Origin: Mobula hypostoma
Lineage: Eukaryota
Assembly: GCF_963921235.1 (NCBI RefSeq)
Contig: NC_086108.1
Coordinates: 36,210,001-36,274,000, forward strand
Direction: 5' to 3'
Length of the DNA stretch: 64,000 nucleotides
The notes beneath the pieces are model-generated. The model ran no database searches. It saw only the letters and a list, made by a program, of their open reading frames with translations, and was not told where the DNA came from. Shown one piece after another: positions 47,957 through 62,366 of the stretch; within the stretch, counting starts at the first letter, position 1, and every line of letters begins with the position of its first letter. The position numbers and the translations under genes are program-made.

Positions 47957-50900
47957 GTGAGCCGGACAGAGATACCCGCATGGTGTGTTGCCTCCCAGGT
48001 GCCAGGGTGCGGGATGTCTCGGATTGGGTCCTGAATATTCTAAAGGGGGAGGGTGAGCAGCCAGTTGTCTTGGTACATGTTGGTACCAATGACATAGATA
48101 GGACAAAGGAGGAGGTCCTGAAGAGAGATTTCCAGGAGTTAGGAAGGAAGCTAAGAAGCAGGACCTCCAGGGTAGTAATCTCGGGATTGCTACCTGTGCC
48201 ACGTGCTAGCGAGGGCAAGAATAGTCGGATCAGGCAGATGAATGCGTGGCTGGGAGACTGGTGTAGGGGGCAGGGCTTCAGATTCTTGGATAATTGGGAT
48301 CTCTTCTGGGGGAAGTATGACCTGTTCAAAAAGGACAGGTTGCACCTGAACCCAAAGGGGACCAATATCCTGGCGGGAAAGTTTAATAGAGCTGTTAGGG
48401 AGAGTTTAAACTAATTTGGCAGGGGGATGGGAACCGGAATGATAGAGCGGAGGAAGGGGAAAACAGAAATACATCTAAGATAGTGAGCAGTAAAGATGTC
48501 AGGAAAGACAGGCAGGTGATGGGGCAAATTTGTAGCCATTGGGATGAGTTGCAGTGCAATAAAGTTGCAGTGAAATCAAAGCAAAAAGTATCAAATACTG
48601 GTCTTAAGGTGTTGTACTTAAATGCACGCAGCATAAGGAATAAGGTGGATGATGTTGTTGTACAGCTACAGATTGGCAGGTATGATATTGTGGCCATCAC
48701 TGACACCTGGCTAAAGGATGCATGTCTCTGGGAGCTGAACATCCAAGGATACATGGTGTATCGGAAGGATAGGAAGGTAGGCAGAGGGGAAGGCATGGCT
48801 TTATTGGTAAGAAATGATATTAAATCATTAGAAAGAGGTGATATAGGATCGGAAGGTGCAGAATCTTTATGGGTTGAGCTAAGAAATAGCAGGGGTAAAA
48901 GGACCCTGATGGCAGTTATCTATAGGCCTCCAAACAGCTGCAGGGATGTGGACTACAAATTACAACTGGAAATAGAAAAGGCTTGTCAGAAGGGCAGTGT
49001 TATGATAAAATTGTGGGGGATTTTAACATGCGAGTGGATTGGGAAAATCAGGTCAGCACTGGATCTCAGAGAGAATTTGTAGAATGTCTGCAAGATGGCT
49101 TTTTAGAACAGCTTGTTGTTGAGCCCACTAGGGGATCGGCTGTACTGGATTGGTATTGTGTAATGAACCGGAGGTGATTAGAGAGATGGAGGTGAAGGAA
49201 CCCTTAGGAGGCAGTGATCATAGCATGATTGAGTTCACTGTGAAATTAGAAAAAGAGAAGCCGAAATCTGATGTGTCGGTATTTCAGTGGAGTAAAGGAA
49301 ATTACAGTGGCATGAGAGAGGAACTGGCCAAAGTTGACTGGAAAGGGACACTGGCGGGAAAGACAGCAGAGCAGCAGTGGCTGGAGTTTATGCGAGAAAT
49401 GAGGAATGTGCAAGACAGGTATATTCCAAAAAAGAAGAAATTTTCGAGTGGAAAAAGGATTGAACCATGGTTGACGAGAAATCAAAGCCAAAGTTAAAGC
49501 AAAGGAGAGGGCATACAAGGAAGCAAAAATTAATGGGAAGACAGAGGATTGGGAAGTTTTTAAAACCTTACAAAAGGAAACCAAGAAGGTCATTAAGAGA
49601 GAAAAGATTAACTATGAAAGAAAGCTAGCAAATAATATCAAAGAGGATACTGAAAGCTTTTTCAAGTATATAAAGAGTAAAAGACAGGTGAGAGTTGATA
49701 TAGGACCGATAGAAAATGATGCTGGAGAAATTGTAATGGGAGATAAGGAGATGGCAGAGGAACTGAATGAGTATTTTGCATCAGTCTTCACTGAGGAAGA
49801 CATCAGCAGTATACCGGACACTCAAGGGTGGCAGGGAAGAGAAGTGTGTGCAGTCACAATTACGACAGAGAAAGTACTCAGGAAGCTGAATGAGCTAAAG
49901 GTAGATAAATCTCCTGGACCAGATGGGATGCACCCACGTGTTCTGAAGGAAGTAGCTGTAGAGATTGCGGAGGCATTAGCAATGATCTTTCAAAAGTCGA
50001 TAGATTCTGGCACGGTTCCGGAAGACTGGAAGATTGCAAATGTCACTCCGCTATTTAACAAGGGGGCAAGGAAGTAAAAAGGAAGTTATAGACCTGTTAG
50101 CTTGACATCGGTAGTTGGGAAGTTGTTGGAGTCGATTGTCAAGGTTGAGGTTACAGAGTACCTGGAGGCATATGACAAGATAGGCAGAACTTAGCATGGA
50201 TTTCTTAAAGGAAAATCCTGCCTGACAAACCTATTATAATTTTTTGAGGAAATTACCAGTAAGCTAGACAAGGGAGATGCAGTGGATGTTGTATATTGGG
50301 ATTTTCAGAAGGCCTTTGACAAGCTGCCACACATGAGGCTACTTAACAAGATAAGAGCCCATGGAATTACGGGAAAGTTACTTGCGTGGATAGAGCATTG
50401 GCTGATTGGCAGGAAACAGAGAGTGGGAATAAAGGGATCTTATTCTGGTTGGCTGCTGGTTACCAATGGTGTTCCACAGGGATCAGTATTGGGGCTGCTT
50501 CTTTTTACATTGTACATCAACGATTTGGATTATGGAATAGATGGCTTTGTGGCTATGTTTGCTGACGATACGAAGTTAGGTGGAGGGGCCGGTAGTGCTG
50601 AGGAAACGGAGAGTCTGCAGAGAGATTTGGATAGATTGGAAGAATGGGCAGAGAAGTGGCAAATGAAGTACAATGTTGGAAAGTGTATGGTTATGCACTT
50701 TGGCAGAAAAAGTAAATGGGCAGACTATTATTTAAATAGGGAAAGAATTCAAAGTTCTGAGATGCAACGGGACTTGGGAGTCCTCGTATAGGATACCCTT
50801 AAAGTTAGCCTCCAGGTTGAGTCAGTAGTGGAGACGGCGAATGCAATGTTGGCATTCATTTCTAGAGGAATAGAGTATAGGAGCAGGGATGTGATGTTGA

Positions 50901-51486
50901 GGCTCTATAAGGCGCTGGTGAGACCTCACTTGGAGTACTGTGGGCAGTTTTGGTCTCCTTATTTAAGAAAGGATGTGCTGACATTGGAGAGGGTATAGAG
51001 AAGATTCACTAGAATGATTCCGGGAATGAGAGGGTTAACATATGAGGAACGTTTGTCCGCTCTTGGACTGTATTCCTTGGAGTTTAGAAGAATGAGGGGA
51101 GACCTCATAGAAACATTTTGAATGTTGAAAGGCATGGACAGAGTGGATGTGGCAAAGTTGTTTCCCATGATGGGGAGTCTAGTACGAGAGGGCATGACTT
51201 AAGGATTGAAGGGCGACCTTTCAGAACAGAAATGCAAAGAAATTTTCTTAGTCAGAGGGTGGTGAATCTGTGGAATTTGTTGCCACGGGCAGCAGTGGAG
51301 TCCAAGTCATTGGGTGTATTTAAGGCAGAGATTGATAGGTATCTGAGTAGCCAGGGCATCAAAGGTTATGGTGAGAAGGCGGGGGAGTGGGACTAAATAG
51401 GAGAATGGATCAGCTCATGATAAAATGGCGGAGCAGACTCTATGGGCCGAATGGCCTACTTCTGCTTCTTTGTCTTATGGTCTTAT
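47957..51486 (+). mobile_element. Long young CR1 LINE (ORF1 esterase + full-length but disrupted ORF2)
   Basis: CCLPGARV..HVGTND..LHLN (SGNH), YLNARSIRNK..AITDTW..GDFN..SDH (APE), RT motifs; 8-bp TSD GGTAATTT at 47949-47956 and 51487-51494. Confidence 0.95.
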
Positions 51487-52414
51487 GGTAATTTCTAAAG
51501 TATGGACCCGTATTGTGCTGTAGGTTTTCTATCTTTCTGTGAAATTGAAATTAAGGTGCACTCAATGGCAAATGGTGATGGGACTATATCATCTGGAATT
51601 CAGTTTGCATCATCATGGAATAATGGTTAGTGTTTAGTAGCATGGTGCAACTGTAAAGTAAATGATCGACTTGACAAGTCTCATTGCGGCATTTATCATT
51701 CATGCAGCTCAGTTTAGATACTGCACATTAGTTTTGAAGTGCAGACTGCAAGAAATGTTTAATTTGAAGTGTTAGTAAAGGAAACTGAACTCTGATTAAC
51801 TTTCTCTCAGTTTCCAAAAAGAATAACAGAACCAGAAGGAAAAAAAATAGCAGTTTATTTAATGGCAAATGTCATATACTTCAAGCACTCACTTTTGTTG
51901 TACACAGCGTGGTCTTAATGGCCAAACCTCTACACACCATGGATCCATTGTAAAAGAGTACAAGTCTGCTGGAGTGCTGAAGGATAATTTTAACATTGGT
52001 CTTTTCATTGTTCAACTAATTTCAGGTTACAGGATTAGTAAGTAGTTTCCAATCAAAATATTTATCCAGCATTTAAATCAGTAGTGACTGCACATATATG
52101 GAATAGAGAAATCTAATGGCCTAGAGTTTGCAGCTGTAACTAGTAATTGTCTGAGTGTGTGTATGTAGAGTAAGTGGTTAGTCTACATGTTGCAGTAAAC
52201 TGGTTAGCAGTCTTCTCAATCTCTGGAAATAAATTGAAGTTGTTGTCACTTTGAATGAATTTAGAAACTGGAAATGCAGATGTAAGAACAAATAGACGTG
52301 CAGAGGAGACAAGGTGGAAAAACCTGGGAGAATCTCTGAACGCTGAATTTTCATTCTTAGCAAGGACAAATAATTAAATACAATGTAGGAAATTAAAATC
52401 ACATAAATCAGCAT

Positions 52415-52880
52415 ACTGTAGGAAGGAGATGTGTCAGAGGTTGCAGAAAAGATTCACAAGGATCTTGCCAGGAGTGGTGGGCTTCAGTTATGAGGTGAGA
52501 CTGGATAGGTTGGGACTCTTTTTCCCTGGAGTGAATGAGGCTGAGGGGTGACATAATAGAAGTTTATAAAATCATGAGAGGCATAGAAAAGGTAGATATT
52601 CAAAACTTTTTCTCAAAATATTGAATGATTTGAAGGGGACCTGAGAGACAGGTTTTCCCTCACAGAGGGCGGTTAATATATGGAATAAGCTAGCAGAGAA
52701 AGTGGTAGCTCCAATGCAGTTACAGCATTTGGAAGACAATTTAGACAGATTCATGGATAAGAAAGGTTTTGATAGAGGGATATGGGCTAAATGCAGGCAA
52801 ATGGGATGAGCTAAGGAAGGCACCTTGCTTGGTATGAATGTTAGGCGAAAGGCTAGTTTCCATGCTGTACAACTCTATAA
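52415..52880 (+). mobile_element. Old CR1 3' fragment
   Basis: LQKRFTRILPG..RLRGDIIEVYKIMRG-like translation and CR1-type tail. Confidence 0.75.
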
Positions 52881-52899
52881 TTCGAATATTCTTGAGTCT

Positions 52900-54030
52900 A
52901 GAAAGTTTGAAGTTTAATTATCATTCAGCCATACATGAATAGCCCGGCTGGTGGCATAGTGGCATCAGTGCCAGACTTCGGAGCGAAGGCTCCCGAGTTC
53001 AAACCCTGCCGGCTCCCCGGCACGCTTTCCATCTGTGAGTGTCGAGCGAGCAACTCGACCTCGTAGAAAAGAAATTGCCTGCTATAGAAACTTCAACAGC
53101 AAAAAGTTGATGGCCTATGCTCTGTCGTGAGTTTAAAAGGCAATTTCCTTTTTCCATAAATGAATATAGCCAATGAAGCAGTAGAGGCTACCTCAGTAAA
53201 TATATTTAAGACAAGGTTGGATAGAATTTTGCATAGTAGGGGAATTGAGGGTTATGGGGAAAAGGCAGGTAGGTGGAGATGAGTCCATGGTCAGATCAGC
53301 CATGATCTTCTTGAGTGGTGGAGCAGGCTCGACGAGCCAGATGGCCTAAAAGGTGCAAAACACATTGAACACAGCACACAGCACACTGCATTCTGCACAA
53401 ATAGTACATATGGTTATGATTGCAGGAAAACATTCAGTAACAAAGTGAAATGAAATAATATAGCCTAAGTCCCTGAGTTGCCCTGGTCCAGCTTGTTCTT
53501 CCACTGAACGAACACTGGAGGGCAGCACCAATGGGAGGGGCCAGCCCCCATCCAGTATAAAATCCAGTGGCACACAGGCATCTCTGGAATCTCTTTCACT
53601 GGCAACTGCAACAGGTGAGTCTGAGGCATGTTGGCCTTGTCCACGCAACAACCAAGACAGCATGTTTCCCCTGCTGTTGATCTCGCCAATTAACCAGTGA
53701 GCTGGACTTCAGTATTCTTCATTAACAATATCTGACAGGGCCTTGTGATCACTATAAACATGTGCAAGACGATCATTCACACCAGTTTTTGTACTGAGCA
53801 TCATCTCGGCACAGCGGTATGCAGTGTGTCCTGACGACAACACAATAGTGTGCAACAAGTCCAACTCTATTGCTATTGAGTAACTCGCTGATGGGATAGT
53901 CCTGCAGTACTTGATGTTCTTAGCATCCAGCAGTGACTTACGGTCGTAAAAGAGACGTAAAGGATGAACAAATACACCTTTGATTGGCCCTGGAGTGGCA
54001 GCTACATTCAAGCGTGCCGCCATCTTACAG
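52900..54030 (-). mobile_element. Probable non-autonomous LINE-derived element (5' UTR joined to 3' tail), with nested SINE and CR1 3' fragment (53178-53347)
   Basis: Minus strand starts GTAAGATGGCG and ends in a tail similar to 43510-43620; no RT coding sequence between them. Confidence 0.5.
52942..53153 (+). mobile_element. tRNA-derived SINE with 13-bp TSD
   Basis: A box TGGCATAGTGG, B box GAGTTCAAACC; TSD CCATA(C/A)ATGAATA at 52929-52941 and 53154-53166. Confidence 0.8.
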
Positions 54031-54644
54031 GAAGTCTCTTTCTTATTTACTTATCCCTAACAGCTATGTTAGAATAAGTTAGGTAGTCTGGAACTATTCT
54101 TGCAGTTTATTGCATCAGCTGCAAGTGATTTTTACACTTTAATCATTATTTATAAACTTCCTTTCCACAAGAAGTAACTTTATAATTTTTTCGATGTTCC
54201 TGTGGTACGTTATGCATTTTAAAAATAGAAGCTTTGGCTCTGTTCTCATTTTAAATGTATGCTTAGATATTTATTTAGTTCTATGGAGAATGTTTAAACT
54301 ATTAGCCACACTTTATTTTTATATGATTTCCTTTTTTTTGCATTTGTGAGAATTCATCAATCTGATTGGGTGTTCAGGCACATTGATGATAACATTGTTA
54401 CAAGTAAAGATTACAACTGATGACCCGTCCTGAGGAACAACTATTTCTAATGCAAATTGGAAAGACTGATTATCTGAATTGCTGATCAGCCTGCCCCTTG
54501 TCTGCATTGCTTTTTATTAACAGAAAACTCCTTTAGCTGGTACGCCAATTAAAAAATGGTGGTGGTGGTGGTGGGGGGGGGGGAGAGAGGGGGGAGAGGG
54601 GGAGAGAGAGAGAGAGAGAGATATGAGCCTGCCAGTTGTAACAG

Positions 54645-54910
54645 CAAAATAAAACTACAGATGCATGCTATATCTGAAATAAAAATGGAAACTTTTGAAA
54701 GTATTCAGCAAATCATCCTGCAGTGTTAACATTTTCGTTTGATGACCTTCTGCCAGAAGTCGGAAAACTTGAGAAGCAAGTCATAAACACAAGGAAGTCT
54801 GCAGATGCTGCAAAGCAGCACACACAAAATGCTGGAGAAATATAGCAAGTCAGTCAGCATTTATGAAAACAAATAAACACTTACAATTTTGGGCAGAGAC
54901 CCTTTCTTCC
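54645..54910 (-). mobile_element. Two old PLE terminal-repeat remnants
   Basis: AAACACAAGGAAGTCTGCAGATGCTG..ACACACAAAATGCTGGAG..GAGACCCTT, homologous to the PLE tails elsewhere in the window. Confidence 0.65.
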
Positions 54911-55129
54911 TTCAGTAAATTTGAGAAGCGTTTGTTATGTTGCAAAATCAAGGGAGAGGTGGACAGAACAAAATGAACACTTGTGTTAGGGAAATCAAGA
55001 GAGCGTATAATGCAAATGGTGTTGCTGACAGCTGAGAGAGGATAGTAAAGGTTCCGTTGAGCGGTCTTATGCTCACCTTCGCTCTGTCCGCTGTGAAAGG
55101 CAGGATTTCCCAGTGGCAACCCATTTCAA

Positions 55130-56655
55130 TAAGAACATAAGAAGTAGGAGCAGGAGTGGGCCATCTGGCTCGTCGAGCCTGCTCTTCCATTCAATAAGAT
55201 CATGGCTAATCTGGCCATGAACTCATCTCTACCTACCTGCCTTTTCTCCATAACCCTTAATTCCCCTAATGTGCAAAAATCTATTCAACCTTACCTTAAA
55301 TATATTTACTGAGGTAGTCTCCACTGCTTTATTGGGCAGAGAATTCCACAGATTCACTACTGTCTTGGAAAAGCAGTTCCTCCTCATCTCCATCCTAAAT
55401 CTACTTCCCGGAATCTTGAGGCTATGTCCCCTATTCTAGTCTTACCTATCAGTGGCAGCAACTTTTCTGCCTCTATCTTATCTATTCCTTTCATAATTTT
55501 ATATGTTTCTATTAGATCTCCTCTCATTCTTCTGAATTATAGCGAGTACAGTCCCAGGCGACTCAATCTCTCGTCATAGTCTAGCCCCCTCATCTCTGGA
55601 ATCAACATAATGAACCTCCTCTGCACTGTCTCCAAAGCCAGTATATCCTTCCTCAAGTAGGAGACCAGAACTGCATGCAGTACTCCAGGTGCAGCCTCAC
55701 TAGTACCCTGTACAGTTGTAGCATAACCTCCCTGCACTTAAATTCAATCCCTCTCGCAATGGCCAACATTCCTTTTGTTGTCTTGATACCCTGCTGCAGC
55801 TGCAAACCAACCTTTTGTGATTCATGCACAGGCACTCCCAAGTCCCTCTGCACAGCAACGTGCTGCAATTTTTTGCCATTTAAATAATAATCTGCTCTTC
55901 CATTTTTCCTTCCAAAGTGGATGACCTTGTATTTACTAACATTGTACCCCATCTACCAGACCCTTGTCCACTCACTTAACCTGTCTATATATCTCTGCAG
56001 ACTCTTCATATCTTCTGCACAATTTTCTTTCCCACTCAATTTAGTATTATCAGCAAGCCTAGACACTGCTCACCACTGCCAACCAGAGTAGCACCCATGT
56101 ATCCTTACTCTCTGCTTTCTATTAGTTAACCAATCCTCTATCCGTGCTAATACATCACCCCAATTCTATGCATCCTTATCTTATGGATGTGTTTTATGCA
56201 GCAACTTATCAAACGCCTTCTGGAAATCCAAGTAAATAATGTTCATCTGTTCCCCTCTATCCACTGCGCTTATTATATCCTCAAAGAACTCCAGCAAGTT
56301 TGTCAAACAGGACGTCCTTTTGCTGAATCCATGCTGTCGGCCTGCTGGATCCATTTCTTTCCAGATGCCTTGCTATTGCTTCTTTAGTGATAACTTCAAG
56401 CATTTTCCCAACTACAGATGCTAAACCAACTGGTCTATGGTTGCCTTTTGCCGACATCCTTTTTTGAACAGTGGCGTAACATTCACCGTCTTCCAATCTG
56501 CCGGGACCTGCCCAGAGTCCAGAGAATTTTGGCAAATTATCACTAAAGCCTCAACCGTAACCTCTGCCATTTCTTTCAGTACCCTGGGACGCATTCCATC
56601 AGGACCAGGGGACTGATCTATCTTCAGGCCCATGAGTTTGCTCAGCACTACCTGA
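55130..56655 (-). mobile_element. Degraded CR1 LINE
   Basis: KIDQSPGPDGMRPRVLKE, HFGRKN, HLEYCMQFWSP; 3' tail at ~55130. Confidence 0.9.
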
Positions 56656-58662
56656 GCAACCCATCTTGTACCCGGTGTATAAGATGATGAGAGACAACAC
56701 AGTGGGCCTAATCATAATTACTATATATCTTGACTAATACAGAATTTTCCTTTTTAATCTAGCATTAATAGAAAGTAAGATCAGTATTGCAAGCCCAAAT
56801 TCCTTGAAGCTTTGCTTTTCAATTTAATATTCCTTAGCACTGTATCTTCTGTGTATTTTTAATTTTTTTTTCAGTTGTATTATTTTGAAATGTTTCTGAA
56901 GTTTGCAGGCGATTTCTTCAGGCCATTATTATTAGTTTCTTAAATAGTGGTAATTTGGAAGGCTCTGTAGCTGGTAAATTGGAAGATAATTTAAGGTTCT
57001 ACTTGATTCCTGTTAGGTTTAAAATGCAAGAAAATATAACTTTGTTCTGCGTAGAATTGGAAATATTGGTGAATAAAAATAAATGGCAAGATCTCTCCGT
57101 TCTTGATGTTAATGAGGCATAATTTTTAAGGAGTTTTAACTTATATTTTTGGAGGATTTATACATTTATGCTATTTGAAAACTTCCTTGCTAGTGCGAGA
57201 GAGCGCCTGCCTGAGATGTCAGAGTATTGGGATAGACAGTAGTTTTTGATGGTCATGCTCTCTGGGGGCTTTGCTATTGCTTGCATGGTGAGTGGTGGGG
57301 GTGGGGCTTGATGCTTTTGTTGGAGCAAGTGGGGTAAGGGGAGGATTGATGTTTTTGTTGTGCATGTGAGGGAGAGGGGGGCTTTGGGGTTCTAACATTT
57401 TTCTGTCATTCATTCTTCTGGGTTTTTTTCTCTATTTTGTGGATGTCTGCAAAGAACAAGGATTTCAGGTTGTGTACTGTATGCATTCGTGATATTAAAT
57501 TGAACCATTGAAAAATATTGTGTTTTTAAGGTATTAGTTCACAATGGGCATTTTGTTGCATTAGTTGTTTTTAAGCCTGCAAACATTTATTGTTATGAAT
57601 CTGTAGTTAGCTGTGAAAAGGAAATTTTACATTTTGAGACCAAGGAAGTGGGGACTAGAAAAGGTAAAAACATTCACAAAGTGGGCCATCCTAGGTTTGA
57701 AACATACAAGATTCTTTCATTTTGTTGGATATTGTAACTTGATGGCACTGACAGGTGCACTCTATTTTAATTTCTCTAGCCTGATTCAATCAAGTTTCAT
57801 TTTCTTCTCTGCTGTATATTTCCCTGATGCCCAAAGAACTGACTTTCATCAGGAGAATATATTCGTGCTGTAGCCAAGGTGAAAACTGAATAAAACGAGC
57901 ATAAAACACCTCAAATTTTATGTGCATGCTTTCTTAGTTCTATTTAATTATTCATTCCACGCCCTAAGAAGCAAGGACAGATTAAAGTTAAATTATTAGA
58001 CAGATATGATTCTTCACTTAAAGTAGGGAGCTTGCACCATGTGTACTCATTTGAAGCAGCCCATTGCATGCGTATAAGTTATGTTGGAAGTTCCTAGTTC
58101 ACCCATTTTGCTGAAGGGACGCCACAAGATACAATTGCAGTGGTTTTGATTATTTTTTAAATGTGAAAACATCTGTTTTATCAATTTACTTGGTAAGAAA
58201 CCTGCAGCTAAATGGAGGAGATGGATGTTTCCATCTTAGTTGAACACAAATTTTGCTTTGAAGTTTGGTCTATGTATTTTTGTCAGCAGTGTGTGTGCAT
58301 GCAGGTTTAGTTTAAAATGTTCACAAATGCTTGATGTAAGCTCTTTAAAAATGGACGCATGGCATTTGGTAGAGCAACAGTATGATTAAGAACATGGAAC
58401 AGTATAGTAGAGGTACAGGCCTTTCAGCCCATAATGCCAATGCCTCAATGTCAAAGCTGGATCTTAAAGAGATTACTGTGGAAGTGAAATCTGATTCAGT
58501 CAAATTTGCCATTTTTATTTCTTTGCATTTAATGTGATTTCAGTCAAGAGTTTTAATAGCATGAAGAGTCATATACTTCAATAAGAATAGCCTAACATAA
58601 AACTGGTAAAATTTTGTATAGGACACCAACTGGTATCCTATTAATAAATGTGATTATTTCTT

Positions 58663-58676
58663 TGCACGCGCGCGCG

Positions 58677-58735
<59 letters not shown>
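58663..58735. repeat. (CG)n-(CA)n compound microsatellite
   Basis: About 70 bp of uninterrupted purine-pyrimidine alternation. Confidence 0.95.
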
Positions 58736-59099
58736 CTTCTGAGAACAACTTAGCAAAGTATTATCTTGGAAAATGTTTAAACATTTGTAGCTGACTTTGT
58801 GTGGACGTCTTGTTACAACATCTACTTACTTTAAGGCGCTGTCGGGTGAGGGGCAAATTGTACTGAGTGGTCTTTTGATTCCAACCAAACCACTGCTTTA
58901 GACTTAAGAGATTTAGCCTCAACAGTCTGCATTGACAATTAATCACATCGAGTATTTAAAGGCTTTAATCAGTAGATGGAAAAAAGATCGTATATGCTAA
59001 TCCAGCGGACAGCAGACTTACTGTTAACATTTCTGATATGTAACCATGTAGCTATTCATAATCTTGCTACTTAAGCAATACAAGAGAGGTCATTTTACA

Positions 59100-59663
59100 G
59101 CTATATAGGACCCTGGTCAGACCCCACTTGGAGTACTGTGCTCAGTTCTGGTCGCCTCACTATAGGAAGGATGTGGAGACCATAGAAAGGGTGCAGAAGA
59201 GATTTACAAGGATGTTGCCTGGATTGGGGAGCATGCCTTATGAGAATAGGTTGAGTGAACTTGGCCTTTTTTCCTTGTAGTGATGGAAGATGAGTGGTGA
59301 CCTGATAGAGGTGTATAAGATAATGAGAGGCATTGATCATGTGGATAGTCAGAGGCTTTTTTCCAGTGCTGAAATGGCTAGCACGGGAGGGCACAGTTTT
59401 AAGGTGCCTAGAAGTAGGTACAGAGGAGATATCAGGGGTAAGTTTGTTACGCAGTGAGTGGTGAGTGTGAGGAATGGGCTGCCGGCATTGGTGGTGGAGG
59501 CGGATATGATAGGGTCTTTTAAGAGACTCCTGGACAGGTATATGGAGTTCAGAAAAATAGAGGGCTATGGGTAACCCTAGGTAATTTCTCAAGTAAGGAC
59601 ATGTTCGGCACAGCTTTGTGGGCCGAAGGGCCTGTATTGTGCTGTAGATATTCTATGTTTCTA
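59100..59663 (+). mobile_element. CR1 3' fragment
   Basis: LYRTLVRPHLEYCAQFWSP; TTCTATG tail; same subfamily as 47460-47956. Confidence 0.9.
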
Positions 59664-60334
59664 AACACAAAATATGTCAGTGACAGCCTGTCTGAACTAA
59701 AGGATAAACTTCAGAAAATTGCAGCTAAGCTGCAGACAACGTAAACAAAATTACAGCAAAGTGATTGGCTTCATGTTAATGGTGATAATTTATGATGTGC
59801 AGGCATATTTATTTGTGAGGTGAGGAAGATGAACAGCTTGAAGTACGTAAACATTTGTTTTACTTCTTATAAAAAAAAATTCTGTCTGCTGTGATTAGTG
59901 TTGGCTTTTAGTTTCCATTGGCAATCAGGTGTGGTCCTCCTTCATCCACCAGACATCATTCTTAAATGAGGCTCAAGGAGTGAGCAAACTGGCATTTGTA
60001 CTGCTTGTCCAGAGGGTGGAGTTGCTTCACTTCGTCTTGAGCCTGTGCTGGAGTTCATTTGGGTCCCACTGAATTTCCATATGTCCTTCACCAACACGAT
60101 GTGCTAACTCTCAGAAATCTCTGCGCGGACTCTGCCCTACCCACCATTTGTACCACACTCTGGGGGGTGCTGACACTTCACCTGGATTTATTTGGCCAAG
60201 CTCTCTTGTAAATTCTCTTACTGCCTATGTGTATCACCTCTCTTGTTAGGATTCTGCATCTGAAACAGAGAGCTGGTGTGAGGAAGTGAGTGGTGCAGCA
60301 TTTCCTGTTGAATTTCATGTCCAAAATTGTGGTA

Positions 60335-62085
60335 AAGAATCAGGTTTATTATCACTGACATACACTTAGAGGCCACTTTATTAGGTACCCCCAGCGGTCT
60401 TCTGCTGCTGTAGCCCATCCACTTCAAGATTTGACATGTGCATTCAGATATGCCCTCCTGCACACCACCATTTTAGTGCATGGTTATTTGTGTTACTTTC
60501 GCCCTCCTGCCAGCTTAAACCAGTCTGGCCATTCTCTCTTTCTACTCATTAACTAGGCATTTTCATCCACAGAACTATGCTCACTGGATGATTTTTTTGT
60601 TTTTAGCACTGTTCTCTCTAAACTCTTAAGAGACTGTTGAGCATCAAAAACCCCAGGAGACCAGTAGTTTTTGAGATAACTCAAACCACTCAATCTAGCA
60701 CCAACAATCATTCCATGGTCAAAGTCACTTAGATCACATTTCTTCCCCATTCTGATGTTTAGTCTGAACAATAACTGAATCTCTTGACCTTGTCTACATG
60801 CTTTTCTGCACTGGATTGCTGCCACATGATTGACTGATCAGATGCTTGCATTAACGAGCAGGTGTACAAATGTACCCAATAGAGTGGCTACTGAGTGTAT
60901 GTTGTGAAATTTGTTTTGAGGGCAGAAGTACAGTGCAATACATAAAAAAATAACTGTTACAATAAGAAATATATTTTAAAAATAAATAAATAGTGTGATG
61001 AAAGAACAAAAAGTGAGTTGGTGTTCATGGTCCATTCAGAAATCTGAAGGGGGGAGAGAGAAGCTGTTCTTAAAATTTTGAGTATGTGGCTTGAGGCTCC
61101 GATACCTCCTCCCTGATGGTAGCAATGAGAAGAGAGCATGTCCTGGGATGGTGAGGGCCCTAAATGATGGATGGTGCCTTTTGAAGATATCCTTGATGGC
61201 AGGAAAGCTTGTGCCCATGATCGAGCTGATTGAGTTTACAACCCCTGCAGCTTTCTGCGATATTGTACATTAGCGCCTCCATGCCTGACGGTGATGCAAC
61301 CAGTCACAATGCTCTTGATGGTTCATATACAGAAACATGCGAGAGTCTTTGGCAACATACCAAATCTCCTTAAATTCCTTATGAAATATAGTCAGTATCT
61401 TACCTTCTTTATAATTGCATCAATATGTTGGCCCATGGTAGATATTCTGAGATGAATTTGAAGGTGCTCACTTTTTCCACTGCTGACCACTCTAAGGCAA
61501 CTGCAATGTATTCTCCTGACTTCCCCTTCCTGAAGTTGACAGTTAGTTCCTTGGTCTTACTGATGTTAAGTGTAAGGATGTTATTGCAGCACCACTCAAC
61601 CATCTGATCTGTTTCACTCCTGTATGCCTCTTCATCGCCAGTTGATATTCTGCCCAACAACAGTTATGACATTGGCGAAATTATAGATACCATTTGAGCT
61701 CTACCCAGCCACACTGTCATGTGTGTAGAGAGACTAGTGTAGTCGGTTAAGCATGCATCCTTGAGGTGTGGCTGTGTTGATTGTCAGCGAGAAGGAGATA
61801 TTATTTCTGATCCATAATGACTGTGGTCTCCCAATGAGGAAGTCAAGGATTCAGTTGCAGAGGAAATTGCCGAAGTTTGAAGGACTGAGGGGATGATGGT
61901 GTTGAATGTTGAACTACAATTGATAAATATAGGTATTGGTGTTGCCCAAGTGATCCACGGCCAAGTGGAGAGCCAGTGGGATTACATCTGCTGTACGCCT
62001 ATTATGGCAGTAGGCAAATTGCAGCAGGTCCAGGACCTTGTTGAGGCAGGAGTTAATTCTAGCCATTACCAACTTCTCAAATCAC
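60335..62085 (-). mobile_element. Degraded Rex1/Babar LINE
   Basis: GDEEAYRSE, LNISKTKELTVNFRK, PGHALFSLLPSGRRYRSLK. Confidence 0.85.
60363..60897. mobile_element. Tc1/mariner-derived MITE
   Basis: TA|CACTTAGAGGCCACTTTATTAGGTAC...GTACCCAATAGAGTGGCTACTGAGTG|TA; residual MGKKCDLSDFDHGMIVGAR and WMGYSSRRP on the minus strand. Confidence 0.88.
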
Positions 62086-62366
62086 TTAATTACTGGTTTC
62101 CCTTAATTACTAGACACTGGAACCTCTTAGCCAACTCTTAAGTTCTCTCATGCAATGCCTGAATGCATTTCCTTTGTCCTTTACATTTTTGAATGTGTTC
62201 TATATTCACAGAGAAATGTGAAGGGAACCCAGATCACCTTTTCCATAAGGCACCAGTCCTTTTTTCACTTGAAAACGGAATATTCACCAACTCTGCTTCT
62301 CTTTAACATTCCTCCTCAGGTCCATTTCTGATTCTGTACTCCCTTTCCTTTATTTCTCTATCTTAA

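Noticed and set aside
47957..51486. Possible active CR1
   Set aside because: 5'-truncated within ORF1; ORF2 has several stops and frameshifts.
52942..53017. Possible tRNA gene
   Set aside because: Imperfect cloverleaf, followed by SINE body and flanked by a TSD.
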